From positions 352,001-416,000 of the forward strand of contig CBDIIB010000003.1 of NCBI GenBank assembly GCA_965279525.1: a stretch of 64,000 bases of DNA, read 5' to 3'. The notes below the pieces were generated by a model. The model ran no database searches, was not told where the DNA came from, and saw only the letters and a program-made list of their open reading frames with translations. Positions 19,616 through 28,865 of the stretch are shown piece after piece (position 1 is the first letter of the stretch; the number at the start of each line of letters is the position of its first letter). A program made the position numbers and the translations under genes. The stretch comes from Tagaea sp. Lineage in GTDB: Bacteria; Pseudomonadota; Alphaproteobacteria; CACIAM-22H2.

Positions 19616-21004
19616 GTGATCAGTCTCGACAACCTGGAAACCTTGTGGACGCGCATTCGCCCGTGGGCCCTGCGACAGGAACAGCGCCTGGAGCTCGTGG
19701 CCCAGCTCGAACTCCGCCTGGTGGACGAAAGCGTTCGAAAGCTTACCTCCGGCTGGCCGCACAGGGCGACCTTCTACTGGCTGTCTGCCGAACGAAAATT
19801 CAATCTCCGTGAATCCATGATCTGGCTCGCTCTGGCCGCGTCGGAATCGGACCTGGCCGCGAAGTTTCTGGTTACACGGCTCGTCGCACGCGCCCGAAGG
19901 GACGAGAAGAGATCTCGAAATCTGCTGCTCCGTGCCGCGTTGATTACCGAAATGAGCATGACCGTTGCCGGCATCGAGCGTGAATTCGAGCAAAACAGGA
20001 CTGACGCGGAAAATGTCGCGAGCGGCCTTGAAGAAGAAAGGAATCGTAGGCTTGAAAAAGCGCATGCAGACGGTCCTGATGTCGCCAGGGTGTCAACCGA
20101 TGGCGACGATGTCCCGGTCGAGCCTTCGATCCCGCAGTTCAAAGTTCCAGTTCTATTGGGTCGACTGACGCTGTCAGGGGACCGTGAGACCGTTTCAAAA
20201 CTGAGGGAGTACCGCAAGCTGGAGGATCCGACCGCTCGTGTCGTGGTTGATCCAGGCTGGCGTCGTCGACTCGTGGAGCCGCGTTGGTTCAAGCCTGTCA
20301 TCGATCTGGTGGACCGGCGCCTCATGGCGCTTCGGAACCGTCCTTTTCGGCTCTCGCCGCTGCTGATCGTAGGGCCGCCGGGCATCGGCAAAAGTCGATT
20401 CATCGCGGATCTCGCAAATGTTCTCGGCGTACCGCTGCTGCCGCTCTGCTTTGCAGGACAGAGCGACGCGCGGGCGCTTCTCGGCACCGCTCGCGGGTGG
20501 TCGACTGCCAACCCGACGGTGGTCGTCGACTTGATCCTGCGGCACAAGCGGGCAAACCCCATCGTCTTTATCGACGAGATTGAGAAGTCCACGGTCAGCC
20601 ACAACGGCGATCCGATCGCAGCGATCTTGACGATGCTGGAGCCCGAGACGGCGCGTAGATTCCACGATCCACTTTTGCAGGTCGAGGTCGATCTCAGCCA
20701 CGTCAGCTGGATCGCCGGTGCAAACTCGCTGAAGGGGCTACCGGCACCCTTGCTCTCGAGATTTCATGTGGTCGAAGTCGAGCGTCCGGATGGCAGAGAC
20801 TGGAGCCTGGTTCGAGAGACGCTACTGCATGAAATTGCGAGTTCGTATCAAATGCCTTTCGTCGCCCTCCCGACCCTGAACCCACTGGTCGACGACATGA
20901 TGCGCGCACTACTTGACCGACGCCGGGACCTGCGCGTTGTCCGGCGCGTGTTCGAAGAGGTGTTGGGCGTCTCTTTGGAAGAGCGCGAATTGTTGAGAAA
21001 TTAG
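19616..21004 (+). CDS. Lon-type AAA+ ATPase lacking the protease domain
   Basis: Walker A GPPGIGKS, NPIVFIDEIEK, 'FHDPLLQVEVDLSHVSWIAGAN', 'LPAPLLSRF'; protein ends after the helical lid. Confidence 0.85.
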   Translation: MISLDNLETLWTRIRPWALRQEQRLELVAQLELRLVDESVRKLTSGWPHRATFYWLSAERKFNLRESMIWLALAASESDLAAKFLVTRLVARARRDEKRSRNLLLRAALITEMSMTVAGIEREFEQNRTDAENVASGLEEERNRRLEKAHADGPDVARVSTDGDDVPVEPSIPQFKVPVLLGRLTLSGDRETVSKLREYRKLEDPTARVVVDPGWRRRLVEPRWFKPVIDLVDRRLMALRNRPFRLSPLLIVGPPGIGKSRFIADLANVLGVPLLPLCFAGQSDARALLGTARGWSTANPTVVVDLILRHKRANPIVFIDEIEKSTVSHNGDPIAAILTMLEPETARRFHDPLLQVEVDLSHVSWIAGANSLKGLPAPLLSRFHVVEVERPDGRDWSLVRETLLHEIASSYQMPFVALPTLNPLVDDMMRALLDRRRDLRVVRRVFEEVLGVSLEERELLRN

Positions 21005-21126
21005 CCAGCAACAGGGCTTGGAACGTACCCGGCGATAACTGGTGACTTTAGTTGTCTTGGCCCCGTCCCGTCGGGAATATCAGAAGCCTGTGGCCAACCG
21101 CCCGTCCCGGCGTTCGGTCTTACCTC

Positions 21127-22458
21127 TCATGGCCGAAACAGAATTCTCGGCGTTTCACTTGCCACCGACGGGACGGGCATCAAGTGCTCGGTCGGCTCCA
21201 GCGATCGAATGCGCTTCCAGATCGGGTTATCTGCGGCCATTCGGACAACATCACTTAAACCCAGTCGATCGAACGATGCTTCGAGCTTGGATACTTGCCG
21301 TTTCATTTCGACCGCAACCCAGCGCCAGATCTGAATTCCGTATTTGCCCTGCAGTGCGCTTCGGCGAGCAGCAGGGATATTCGACTTGATTGTCCACTGT
21401 CCCGGCTTCGGGAGCGGAAAGGCTTGGCTGTCCATCCACGCGTCGACACCCAACTGGATGGCTACCAGGCGTTCATTGGTTTCCCGTTCCGCTTCAGCGA
21501 TCTTGGCCTCGCGCTCGCGTAGGGCCTGCTTTTCGAGCTTGGTAGCGTGCTCGGCTGCTTCTGCCCGTTTCTTTGCTTCCGCGGCGGCTGCTTCTGCCTC
21601 TCGTGCTCTTGCGATGTGCGATTCCGCTGCCGATAGGGCGAGGTTTGCCTCCGCCAATCGTTCGTTGGTCGCCAGCTCCAACTGCCGAACGCTATCGCTG
21701 AACCTGGCGTTCTGGATGTGGGCTGCTTCAACTTCGATACGCAGGGCATCGGCCATATCAAGCTTGTAGTCCGCAGCTGCGTCACGCCCCTCGATCGCGT
21801 GTTCCCATTCCTGAATTCGGCGAAACTCCCGCGGCGGAATATGCTTCCGGTCGGATGGGATGCCGCGGAACATTCCGAAATCTTGGAAGGTTTCGTGCGC
21901 GACATCTTGGATTTCCGACCCGCGCTGTTTCAAGGTGGTTTTGGAACATCCATGCAGGGCCCTTTTTGTCGATACAGCCCGCTTCACCTTGCCCGTCTTT
22001 GTCCGCGTTTCGGTCACCGGCACGACGAAGGCAGACCCATGCATGTTTCCATTCGGTTCGTCGTGGTCAATCCGGATCGCGGCGACGCTTCCCTCGCCGA
22101 AGAGGCGTTCGACCATCTTCTTAATTCTCTCGGAGAACACGGCTTGAAGTCGGTCGCCGCCCAATTCCCATGCCTCACGTGTCCCCCAGACCAGGAGTTC
22201 AAGTCCGACTGAGGCACCTTTCCTAAATGCCGCTCGCTGCTGGCGGGCACACGCCTTCATCTGGCTGACGAGAGCGAGCGGCGGGACATGAGGATCGCAC
22301 CCCCAGACCATATTCCGTTCGGTCAGCTCCCGTGCGACGTGCCGGAGATCGCCCATAGATCTCCTGCCATGGGCAGCAAGCCGACCGGCATCTGCGAATT
22401 GTGGAATACGATCGGCTCGTGCCGAGATAATTGGTAGGTTCCGCCGCTCCATCTGCAT
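21127..22458 (-). CDS. MobV/Pre (plasmid recombination enzyme)-like relaxase with coiled-coil tail
   Basis: HGRR, ELTERN, RKGASVGLELL, FGEGSV, DHDEPNGNMHGS..VP, QD...FGMFRG...RKH follow the Mob_Pre motif order. Confidence 0.72.
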   Translation of the reverse strand: MQMERRNLPIISARADRIPQFADAGRLAAHGRRSMGDLRHVARELTERNMVWGCDPHVPPLALVSQMKACARQQRAAFRKGASVGLELLVWGTREAWELGGDRLQAVFSERIKKMVERLFGEGSVAAIRIDHDEPNGNMHGSAFVVPVTETRTKTGKVKRAVSTKRALHGCSKTTLKQRGSEIQDVAHETFQDFGMFRGIPSDRKHIPPREFRRIQEWEHAIEGRDAAADYKLDMADALRIEVEAAHIQNARFSDSVRQLELATNERLAEANLALSAAESHIARAREAEAAAAEAKKRAEAAEHATKLEKQALREREAKIAEAERETNERLVAIQLGVDAWMDSQAFPLPKPGQWTIKSNIPAARRSALQGKYGIQIWRWVAVEMKRQVSKLEASFDRLGLSDVVRMAADNPIWKRIRSLEPTEHLMPVPSVASETPRILFRP

Positions 22459-22577
22459 TTCCTTTCCACTACGAAGATACGGAGCGTTGTCGGGAATGGG
22501 AAAAATTCGAGAACCCACTTCCCGAATATTGGCGGTATCTGAATACGCCATGCGGAGCGAGGTGGTTTCAAAAGAAG

Positions 22578-22720
22578 GCCGGGGCGCCGCAAAGGCCAGC
22601 TTGTGCCATCCAGAGGCCAGCTTGTGCCATCCAGAGGCCCGGCTTTTCTAAAAGCATAGATAGCCGGGGCGCCGCAGAGGCCAGCTTGTGCCATCCAGAG
22701 GCCCGGCTTTTCTAAAAGCA
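22578..22720. repeat. Nested direct-repeat array upstream of the relaxase (candidate oriT/iterons)
   Basis: 21-mer AGGCCAGCTTGTGCCATCCAG at 22593, 22614 and 22678; 22-mer AGGCCCGGCTTTTCTAAAAGCA at 22635 and 22699; GCCGGGGCGCCGCA twice. Confidence 0.9.
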
Positions 22721-22919
22721 CGGAAAGCAGCTTCTCTCTGAACCAGCGAAAGTTCTCTGACTGACGCGAACTGATCTCTGCAGCACTCGAACTCTCGGAC
22801 TGTTTCCTTGGGCGTCAAATCCTGGGTGCGGCCAAAGCGACGAAAAACGACCTTCAGGGGCAGGCTACGGCTCGAAGCGGTGAGGCGGGCTCCATACGCC
22901 AGCAGTCCGCCCGTTGGGA

Positions 22920-23233
22920 GGAGGCCCGAACAACAGGAGATCGAGCGGCTACCCCGTGAGGTCACGACGCTGAATGCAGAGGCGATAGTCCAAAAAATGT
23001 CGCGGACTACTTCACGAGGGAGTCTACCTGAAGTTCGGCTTTGTGGCGAAGAACGGAGCGATCTGGCCGGTGCGGCGAATGTGCGGGGCGCGCCGAGTGT
23101 CTCCCACAGCAGGTTTCATGTCTGTCGGGGCGGCCCGCCGAGTGACGGGGCCGTCTATGGCGGTGTGCTGGACCGCGAAGTTCGATCGAGTTTCCTGAGC
23201 AGCGATCCGACCTACAACGCCCGGCGGGTCTGG
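22920..23233 (+). pseudogene. Degenerate IS3-family transposase remnant (orfA end / orfB start)
   Basis: Across frames: RPEQQEIERLPREVTTL (orfA C-term), A6 run, KFGFVAKNGAIWPVRRMCGA, then VRSSFLSSDPTYNARRVW (orfB HTH region); frameshifted and truncated. Confidence 0.75.
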
Positions 23234-23471
23234 ACTGCTGCCGGCATCAAATCGGGCAGAAAGCCCCGATAACACTGCTTGGTCGTGATGGCGCTGCCGG
23301 CCAGCCATCGTGACAGACGCCGAAAACTCTAACCATCGGCGGTCCGAAGTTCGGTCTCATAGCAGTCTGTTTGCCGTAATGCGCATTCCACCCCTCAGAC
23401 CATTGAAGTCGTTCCCTCTACTGAAGTCGAGGCGTCGAGATTGGCGCTTTAAATTCAGTCACCGACTGCCG

Positions 23472-24317
23472 CTAACGCACAGTCTTCAGTACAGTCGTTC
23501 CCACAAGAGCAACCGCGATCGAGATGGCGCGCGCAAGGCGGACGCGTTCCTTGAAGAAGACGATCCCGATCACCACGGCAAAGATCACGCTGGTCTCCCG
23601 CAGGGCGGCAACAAGCGGCAGCGGCGCCTGGGTCATCGCCCAGACAACCGTCCAGGCCCCGCCAAAACCGAGAAGGCCCGCCGCGGCGGCCATCAGGCGC
23701 GCCCGACCGGGGACGGGGGCTACCGGTCCCGGCCGCAGCGCGCGCGTCGCAGCCGTGACCAGCACGGCACCGATTACGGTCTGCCATACGACGTATCCGT
23801 GGACGGAGCCTGATAGCCGAGCGCCGAGCCCGTCGATGACTGTGTAGCTGGCAATGAAGCAACTCGTCCCCAGCGCCCAGACGACAGGACGCATGTCGCG
23901 CAGTCCGTCCGTTCCGCGTGACAGGGAGAGACTGACGATCCCTGCGGAGATGAGAAGGACTGCGAACTGCGCCGTCGCGTCAAGTTCTTCTCCGAGAACC
24001 AAGATCGAGATCGCGGCGACAAGGATGGGCACGACACCGCGCGCGAGTGGGTAGACGTGGCTGAACTCACCGACCCGGTAGGCGCGCTGCAGGAACTCCA
24101 TGTAGGCAACGCCGAGGGCAGAACTCGCGATCATGTAGCCGAAGCTTTCGGCCGACGGCATCGGGAAGATCGGCAGCAAGAACGATGCAACGATGCCTTG
24201 GGCGGCAAACATCGTCTCGACCGCGGCCGCCCGGTCCGATCCGGCCTTGAGAATCGCATTCCAGATCGCATGGACCACGGCTGCGCCGAGGATCATCAGG
24301 AAGACGGAGGTTTCCAT
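23472..24317 (-). CDS. EamA/DMT family transporter
   Basis: About 10 TM segments; HAIWNA, FSHVYPLARG, YTVIDG, AALRETSV. Confidence 0.9.
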   Translation of the reverse strand: METSVFLMILGAAVVHAIWNAILKAGSDRAAAVETMFAAQGIVASFLLPIFPMPSAESFGYMIASSALGVAYMEFLQRAYRVGEFSHVYPLARGVVPILVAAISILVLGEELDATAQFAVLLISAGIVSLSLSRGTDGLRDMRPVVWALGTSCFIASYTVIDGLGARLSGSVHGYVVWQTVIGAVLVTAATRALRPGPVAPVPGRARLMAAAAGLLGFGGAWTVVWAMTQAPLPLVAALRETSVIFAVVIGIVFFKERVRLARAISIAVALVGTTVLKTVR

Positions 24318-24689
24318 CGCGCGTACTCCGATCGTGCCGTCAGGTCCGGAACACCGCGAAGAGTCTGCCGCTGGCGGGCCGCATCATCCTCGTCGTTCGG
24401 AATTTCTGCTCTGCCGTACGATTCACAGAGGTCTTCTTCATCAGTCCCATTCTTGCCCTGCTACAGGATGACAATGTCCTGAAATCATTCTGCTCCGCAA
24501 ATATCTCGATGAGTCGCACGGATCCGACAGGAGACGGAAAGGAATATGGGAGCTCCCGGCCACCGCCGACGGCACCGTCCTGACCATTCTGTTGTTCGCG
24601 GGGTGGGTCGTGGATTCGAGCGTACTTCTGGAAGAACGCCGTGGGCATCCGGCGCCTGTCCGCAATAATGCGTAGCCCCAAGTCAGGGC

Positions 24690-24713
24690 TTGACAGTGAT
24701 CTAAAACGATCAC
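24690..24713 (+). promoter_or_regulatory. -35 box and palindrome upstream of the DeoR operon
   Basis: TTGACA immediately followed by GTGATC-N6-GATCAC, then AT-rich leader with AATCA repeats. Confidence 0.45.
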
Positions 24714-24756
24714 AGACTGCTCGTTAACAATCATAATATTGAGAAAATAATCAAAA

Positions 24757-25554
24757 ATGTTCGACGAACGGGGAGAATCTGAGCGATATCGGTCGGTGCC
24801 GCAGCGTCAAGCGCGGCTGCTTGATCTACTTCGTTCGAACCTGTTCACAGACGTACAACTCCTGCGCGAGCACCTCGGCGTATCGATCGCGACAATCCGC
24901 CGGGACCTCAGTGAGCTTGAAAGCCGTGGGCTGTTGAAGCGCACCCATGGCGGGGCAACGGTCATCAACCAAGTGACCCGCGACGCAGTCGCAGCGGTTC
25001 GCGAGACTTCCTACGCAGCAGAGAAATCGCGCATCGGGAAGGCGGCCGCCGAACTGATCGTTGAAGGCGATGCGGTCGTCCTCGACAGCGGCACGACGTC
25101 GCTGGCCGTAGCGCGCGAACTTGCCTCGAACAGGTCCCTCACATTCGTGACCAATGGCACCGACGTCCTGGCGGCTCTGGTTGCCGGCGGCGCGCGCAAT
25201 GTCCATTTCATCGGTGGCGAATACGTGGAGATCAACCACTCGACCGGCGGGCCGATGGCTTGCGAGATGGTCCGCCGCTTCAACGTCGACAAAGCCATTC
25301 TGAGCGTCTCGTCGGTCGACCTCAACCGCGGGCTTCTATGTACGTTGCTGCCGCAGGTTTCTTCCGTCCAGCAGGCGATGATCGAAATATCGCAGACGGT
25401 GATCGTGGTGGCCGACAACTCGAAGTTCGATCGCACGGCGTTGTGCGTGATCGCCCCGCTCTCGGACGTCGACTACATCGTGACCGACGCGGGCACCGCG
25501 CCCGCGACTGAAAACCTCGCCGACGACATCAAGCAGAAATTCGTTTTCGCCTGA
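24757..25554 (+). CDS. DeoR/GlpR family regulator
   Basis: VSIATIRRDLSELE..G.LKRTHGGA, LDSGTT, VADNSKF. Confidence 0.95.
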   Translation: MFDERGESERYRSVPQRQARLLDLLRSNLFTDVQLLREHLGVSIATIRRDLSELESRGLLKRTHGGATVINQVTRDAVAAVRETSYAAEKSRIGKAAAELIVEGDAVVLDSGTTSLAVARELASNRSLTFVTNGTDVLAALVAGGARNVHFIGGEYVEINHSTGGPMACEMVRRFNVDKAILSVSSVDLNRGLLCTLLPQVSSVQQAMIEISQTVIVVADNSKFDRTALCVIAPLSDVDYIVTDAGTAPATENLADDIKQKFVFA

Positions 25555-25578
25555 GCGCGGAAACACGGAGGGAGCAGC

Positions 25579-26610
25579 GTGGCGCGAATTCGCGTACAAA
25601 ATCTGGCGAAGGCATGGGGCGACTTCCGCGCCGTCGACAATATCGACTTCGAAACGAACGATTCAGAGTTCGTCGCGTTGCTGGGACCAAGCGGGTGCGG
25701 GAAGTCGACGACGTTGCGACTGATCGCGGGGCTCGACGAGGCGACTTCAGGCCAGATTTTCATCGATGATAGGGACGTCACGAATTTGGCGGCCGCAAAG
25801 CGCAATCTTGCTCTGGTTTTCCAATCCTACGCGCTGTTCCCGCACCTCAACGTCGCCGAAAACATCACTTTCGGCCTGTCGGTCCGCGGCGTACCTCGTG
25901 CCGAGCGGGAACGGCGGCTTGAGAAAACCGCCGCGCTGCTGGGCGTCGGCATGTTGCTCGATCGGAAACCCAACCAGTTGTCGGGCGGGCAGCAGCAACG
26001 CGTCGCGCTGGGCCGAGCGCTGATCTCGGAAGCGCCGGTCTGCCTTCTCGACGAACCACTGTCGAACCTCGACGCCAAGCTGCGCGCCGAAATGCGCAAC
26101 GAGATCCGCATGCTGCAGCGCCGATTGGGCATCACGATGGTGTTCGTGACGCACGATCAGACCGAGGCGATGAGTATGGCGGACCGCGTGATCCTTATGC
26201 GGAACGGCAAGGTCGAGCAATGCGGCACGCCGGCCGAGCTGTACGAGAAGCCGGCCTCGACGTTTGTGGCTGGCTTCATCGGGACACCGCCGATGAATCT
26301 CGTCACGGCGCTTCCGAAGGGCGAGCGGCTTGCGGTCGCTGCGGGATCGAGTCCCTCCGGCGGGATCGTGCTCGGCATCAGGCCGGAGCACATCGCGCTC
26401 GCCGACGATGGCCAAGAAGCTGTCGTGGCCGGCAGCGAATACTTCGGTGCCGACACGGTCGTCACCTGCCTGGTGGGCGAGCAGAAGCTGATGGTCCGCG
26501 TCCCCGGACGTCCCGGCCTCGGCGACGGTGCGCGGGTGCATCTCGCGTGGCCGGCGTCGTCGGAACATCTCTTCGATGCAAAAAGCGGATCCCGTCAGAA
26601 ATCGCACTGA
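25579..26610 (+). CDS. ABC ATPase, UgpC/MalK-like
   Basis: GPSGCGKS, LSGGQQQR, LDEPLSNLD, TOBE domain. Confidence 0.95.
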   Translation: MARIRVQNLAKAWGDFRAVDNIDFETNDSEFVALLGPSGCGKSTTLRLIAGLDEATSGQIFIDDRDVTNLAAAKRNLALVFQSYALFPHLNVAENITFGLSVRGVPRAERERRLEKTAALLGVGMLLDRKPNQLSGGQQQRVALGRALISEAPVCLLDEPLSNLDAKLRAEMRNEIRMLQRRLGITMVFVTHDQTEAMSMADRVILMRNGKVEQCGTPAELYEKPASTFVAGFIGTPPMNLVTALPKGERLAVAAGSSPSGGIVLGIRPEHIALADDGQEAVVAGSEYFGADTVVTCLVGEQKLMVRVPGRPGLGDGARVHLAWPASSEHLFDAKSGSRQKSH

Positions 26611-26653
26611 CGGAAACGGTCGAAACGAAAACAAAAATCCAAAGGAGGAAACA

Positions 26654-27955
26654 ATGAGCACGATAACAATGAAACGCAGGACGGCGCTGTTGGGTGCGGC
26701 GATGCTGGGGGTCCTTGCGGCTGCGCCGACCCGCGCCCAGACCGCGATCGACTTCTACTACCCCATTCAGGTTGGCGGGCCTCTCACGAAAGTCATCGAC
26801 GGATACATTGCCAAGTTCACCGAGGCGAATCCCGGCATCAAGGTGAATGCTGTCTATTCGGGCAACTATACCGACACGACGACAAAAGCATCGACTGCGG
26901 CAAAGAGCGGAGCACCACCGGCCGTGGCCGTGCTCCTTGCGACCGACATCTTCTCGTTGATCGATGAAGACATCGTCGAACCTGTCGGCACCTTCATCAA
27001 GACCGACGCTGACAAGGCCTGGCTTGCCGGCTTCATGCCCGCCTATCTCAAGAGTGCGCAGGTCGGGGGGAAACTTTGGTCGATCCCGTTCCAGCGTTCG
27101 ACAGCCGTGCTCTACTACAACAAGGATGCTTTCGCGGCGGCAGGCCTCGACCCCAACAAGCCGCCGAAGACCTGGGCAGAAATGGTCACTGCGGGGAAGG
27201 CCGTGCTGCAGAAGGACGCGTCCGGAAAAGTCACGCGCTGGGGCGTCGGCATTCCTGGCAACATCGGCTCTTCGCAATGGATGTTCGGCGCGCTGGTGGC
27301 GCAGAACGGGGGGCGTCTGATGAACGACGAAGGCACGGAAACTTACCTGACCGACCAGAAGGTCGTCGACGCGCTCCAGTTCTGGGTCGATCTCAGCGTT
27401 AAGGAAGGCGTGCATCCTCCGGGCATCCAGGAATGGGGCACGACGCCGCAGGACTTCCTCGAGCAGCGCATCGCCATGATCTGGACGACGACGGGCAATC
27501 TAACCAACATCGCCCGCAACGCTTCGTTCAAGTTCGGACTCGCGCCGTATCCCGGCAATCCGAAACCCGCGTCTGTGCTTGGTGGCGGAAACTTCTACAT
27601 CTTCAAGAAAGCGCCCGAAGCGCAGAAGGAAGCCGCCTTCAAACTCGTCAAGTTCCTCACGACGGATGAACTCCAGGCGGACTGGGCGATCCAGACCGGT
27701 TACGTGGCGCCTCGCGACGGTGCGTGGGCAGTGCCGATCCTCAAGGAGTATACGGCCAAGCTTCCGGATGCCCTGGTGGCCAAGAACCAGATTCCGGATT
27801 CGGTGCCGGAGTTCTCGACCTACGAGAGCGCACGCACGACACGCGTCTTGAATGATGCGATCTCGGCTGCCTTGACCGGCAGCAAGACACCGCGGCAGGC
27901 GCTCACCGAGGCGCAGGTCGCGATCGAACGGATCCTTCGGCCGTATCGTCGCTGA
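26654..27955 (+). CDS. ABC substrate-binding protein, UgpB-like
   Basis: Signal peptide; IPFQRSTAVLYYNKDAF, PPKTW, GGGNFY; AGGAGG RBS. Confidence 0.9.
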   Translation: MSTITMKRRTALLGAAMLGVLAAAPTRAQTAIDFYYPIQVGGPLTKVIDGYIAKFTEANPGIKVNAVYSGNYTDTTTKASTAAKSGAPPAVAVLLATDIFSLIDEDIVEPVGTFIKTDADKAWLAGFMPAYLKSAQVGGKLWSIPFQRSTAVLYYNKDAFAAAGLDPNKPPKTWAEMVTAGKAVLQKDASGKVTRWGVGIPGNIGSSQWMFGALVAQNGGRLMNDEGTETYLTDQKVVDALQFWVDLSVKEGVHPPGIQEWGTTPQDFLEQRIAMIWTTTGNLTNIARNASFKFGLAPYPGNPKPASVLGGGNFYIFKKAPEAQKEAAFKLVKFLTTDELQADWAIQTGYVAPRDGAWAVPILKEYTAKLPDALVAKNQIPDSVPEFSTYESARTTRVLNDAISAALTGSKTPRQALTEAQVAIERILRPYRR

Positions 27956-27971
27956 AGTTCATCCGGATACG

Positions 27972-28865
27972 ATGAGGTCGAACATGTCCATGGCAGGACC
28001 CCGCACGATGCTGTACAGCGCCTTGCTGCTGCTGCCGGCGACGGCCCTGCTATGGGTGTTCACCTACCAGCCGATCGTTACCACCATCGTCAACAGCCTC
28101 TACACGACGCCTCGCGGCCGACGTCCCTCCGTCTTCGCCGGTCTCGAGAACTACGAGACGATGATCGCCGATCCGATTTTCTGGAAGGCGATGACCAACA
28201 ACCTGATCTACGCGTTGACGACGATCCCGATTTCCATCGTGTTGGCGCTCGCGATGGCCCTGTTGGTCAGCAGCAGCCTGCGCGGCCAGGGATTGGTGCG
28301 GATGGCGTTCTTCACGCCAACCGTGCTGCCCATGGTGGCTGTCGCGAATATCTGGCTGTTCTTCTATGCGCCGGATTACGGGTTGATCGATAAGTTCCTT
28401 GGCCTTTTCGGCATGGGCGGTACCAACATCCTGGGCTCGTCGGAGACGGCGCTTGCGGCGATCATCACGATCACGGTGTGGAAGGAGGCCGGCTTCTTCA
28501 TGATCTTCTATCTCGCGGGCCTGCAGCAGATATCTCCAACCTTGCTGGAAGCCGCGCGCCTCGAAGGAGCGGGATTCTGGCAGACGCTGTGGCGCGTGCA
28601 GATCCCGTTGCTGATGCCGACCACGCTTTTCATCTCCATCAATGCGGTCATCGGCGCCTTTCGCCTGGTGGATCATGTCGTCGCGATGACCAAGGGCGGG
28701 CCCGACAACACGACGATGCTGCTGCTGTTCTACATCTATCAGACAGGTTTCGCATTCTGGGACACGGCCTACGCCGCAGCGCTTACGGTGGTGCTGCTCG
28801 CGATCCTCGCCACAATCGCGCTGTTCCAGTTCGGCTACGCGGACAAGCGGGTGCATTACAGATGA
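27972..28865 (+). CDS. Carbohydrate ABC permease, UgpA-like
   Basis: EAARLEGA EAA motif, TKGGPDNTT. Confidence 0.93.
   Translation: MRSNMSMAGPRTMLYSALLLLPATALLWVFTYQPIVTTIVNSLYTTPRGRRPSVFAGLENYETMIADPIFWKAMTNNLIYALTTIPISIVLALAMALLVSSSLRGQGLVRMAFFTPTVLPMVAVANIWLFFYAPDYGLIDKFLGLFGMGGTNILGSSETALAAIITITVWKEAGFFMIFYLAGLQQISPTLLEAARLEGAGFWQTLWRVQIPLLMPTTLFISINAVIGAFRLVDHVVAMTKGGPDNTTMLLLFYIYQTGFAFWDTAYAAALTVVLLAILATIALFQFGYADKRVHYR

Larger units (their letters stand above)
16475..23470. mobile_element. tRNA-Phe-integrated integrative (mobilisable) element core; right boundary undefined
   Basis: Integrase, excisionase, XRE and MobV-like relaxase directly 3' of the tRNA; visibly more AT-rich than the flanking core genes. 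Confidence 0.8.

Noticed and set aside
22578-22720. Possible CRISPR mini-array
   Set aside because: Repeats abut without unique spacers of regular length, and there are no cas genes in the window
16475-23470. Prophage or ICE
   Set aside because: No structural, terminase, T4SS or coupling-protein genes in the window
24340-24690. Short ORFs or a membrane-protein fragment between EamA and DeoR
   Set aside because: No convincing start, RBS or family motif; left unannotated
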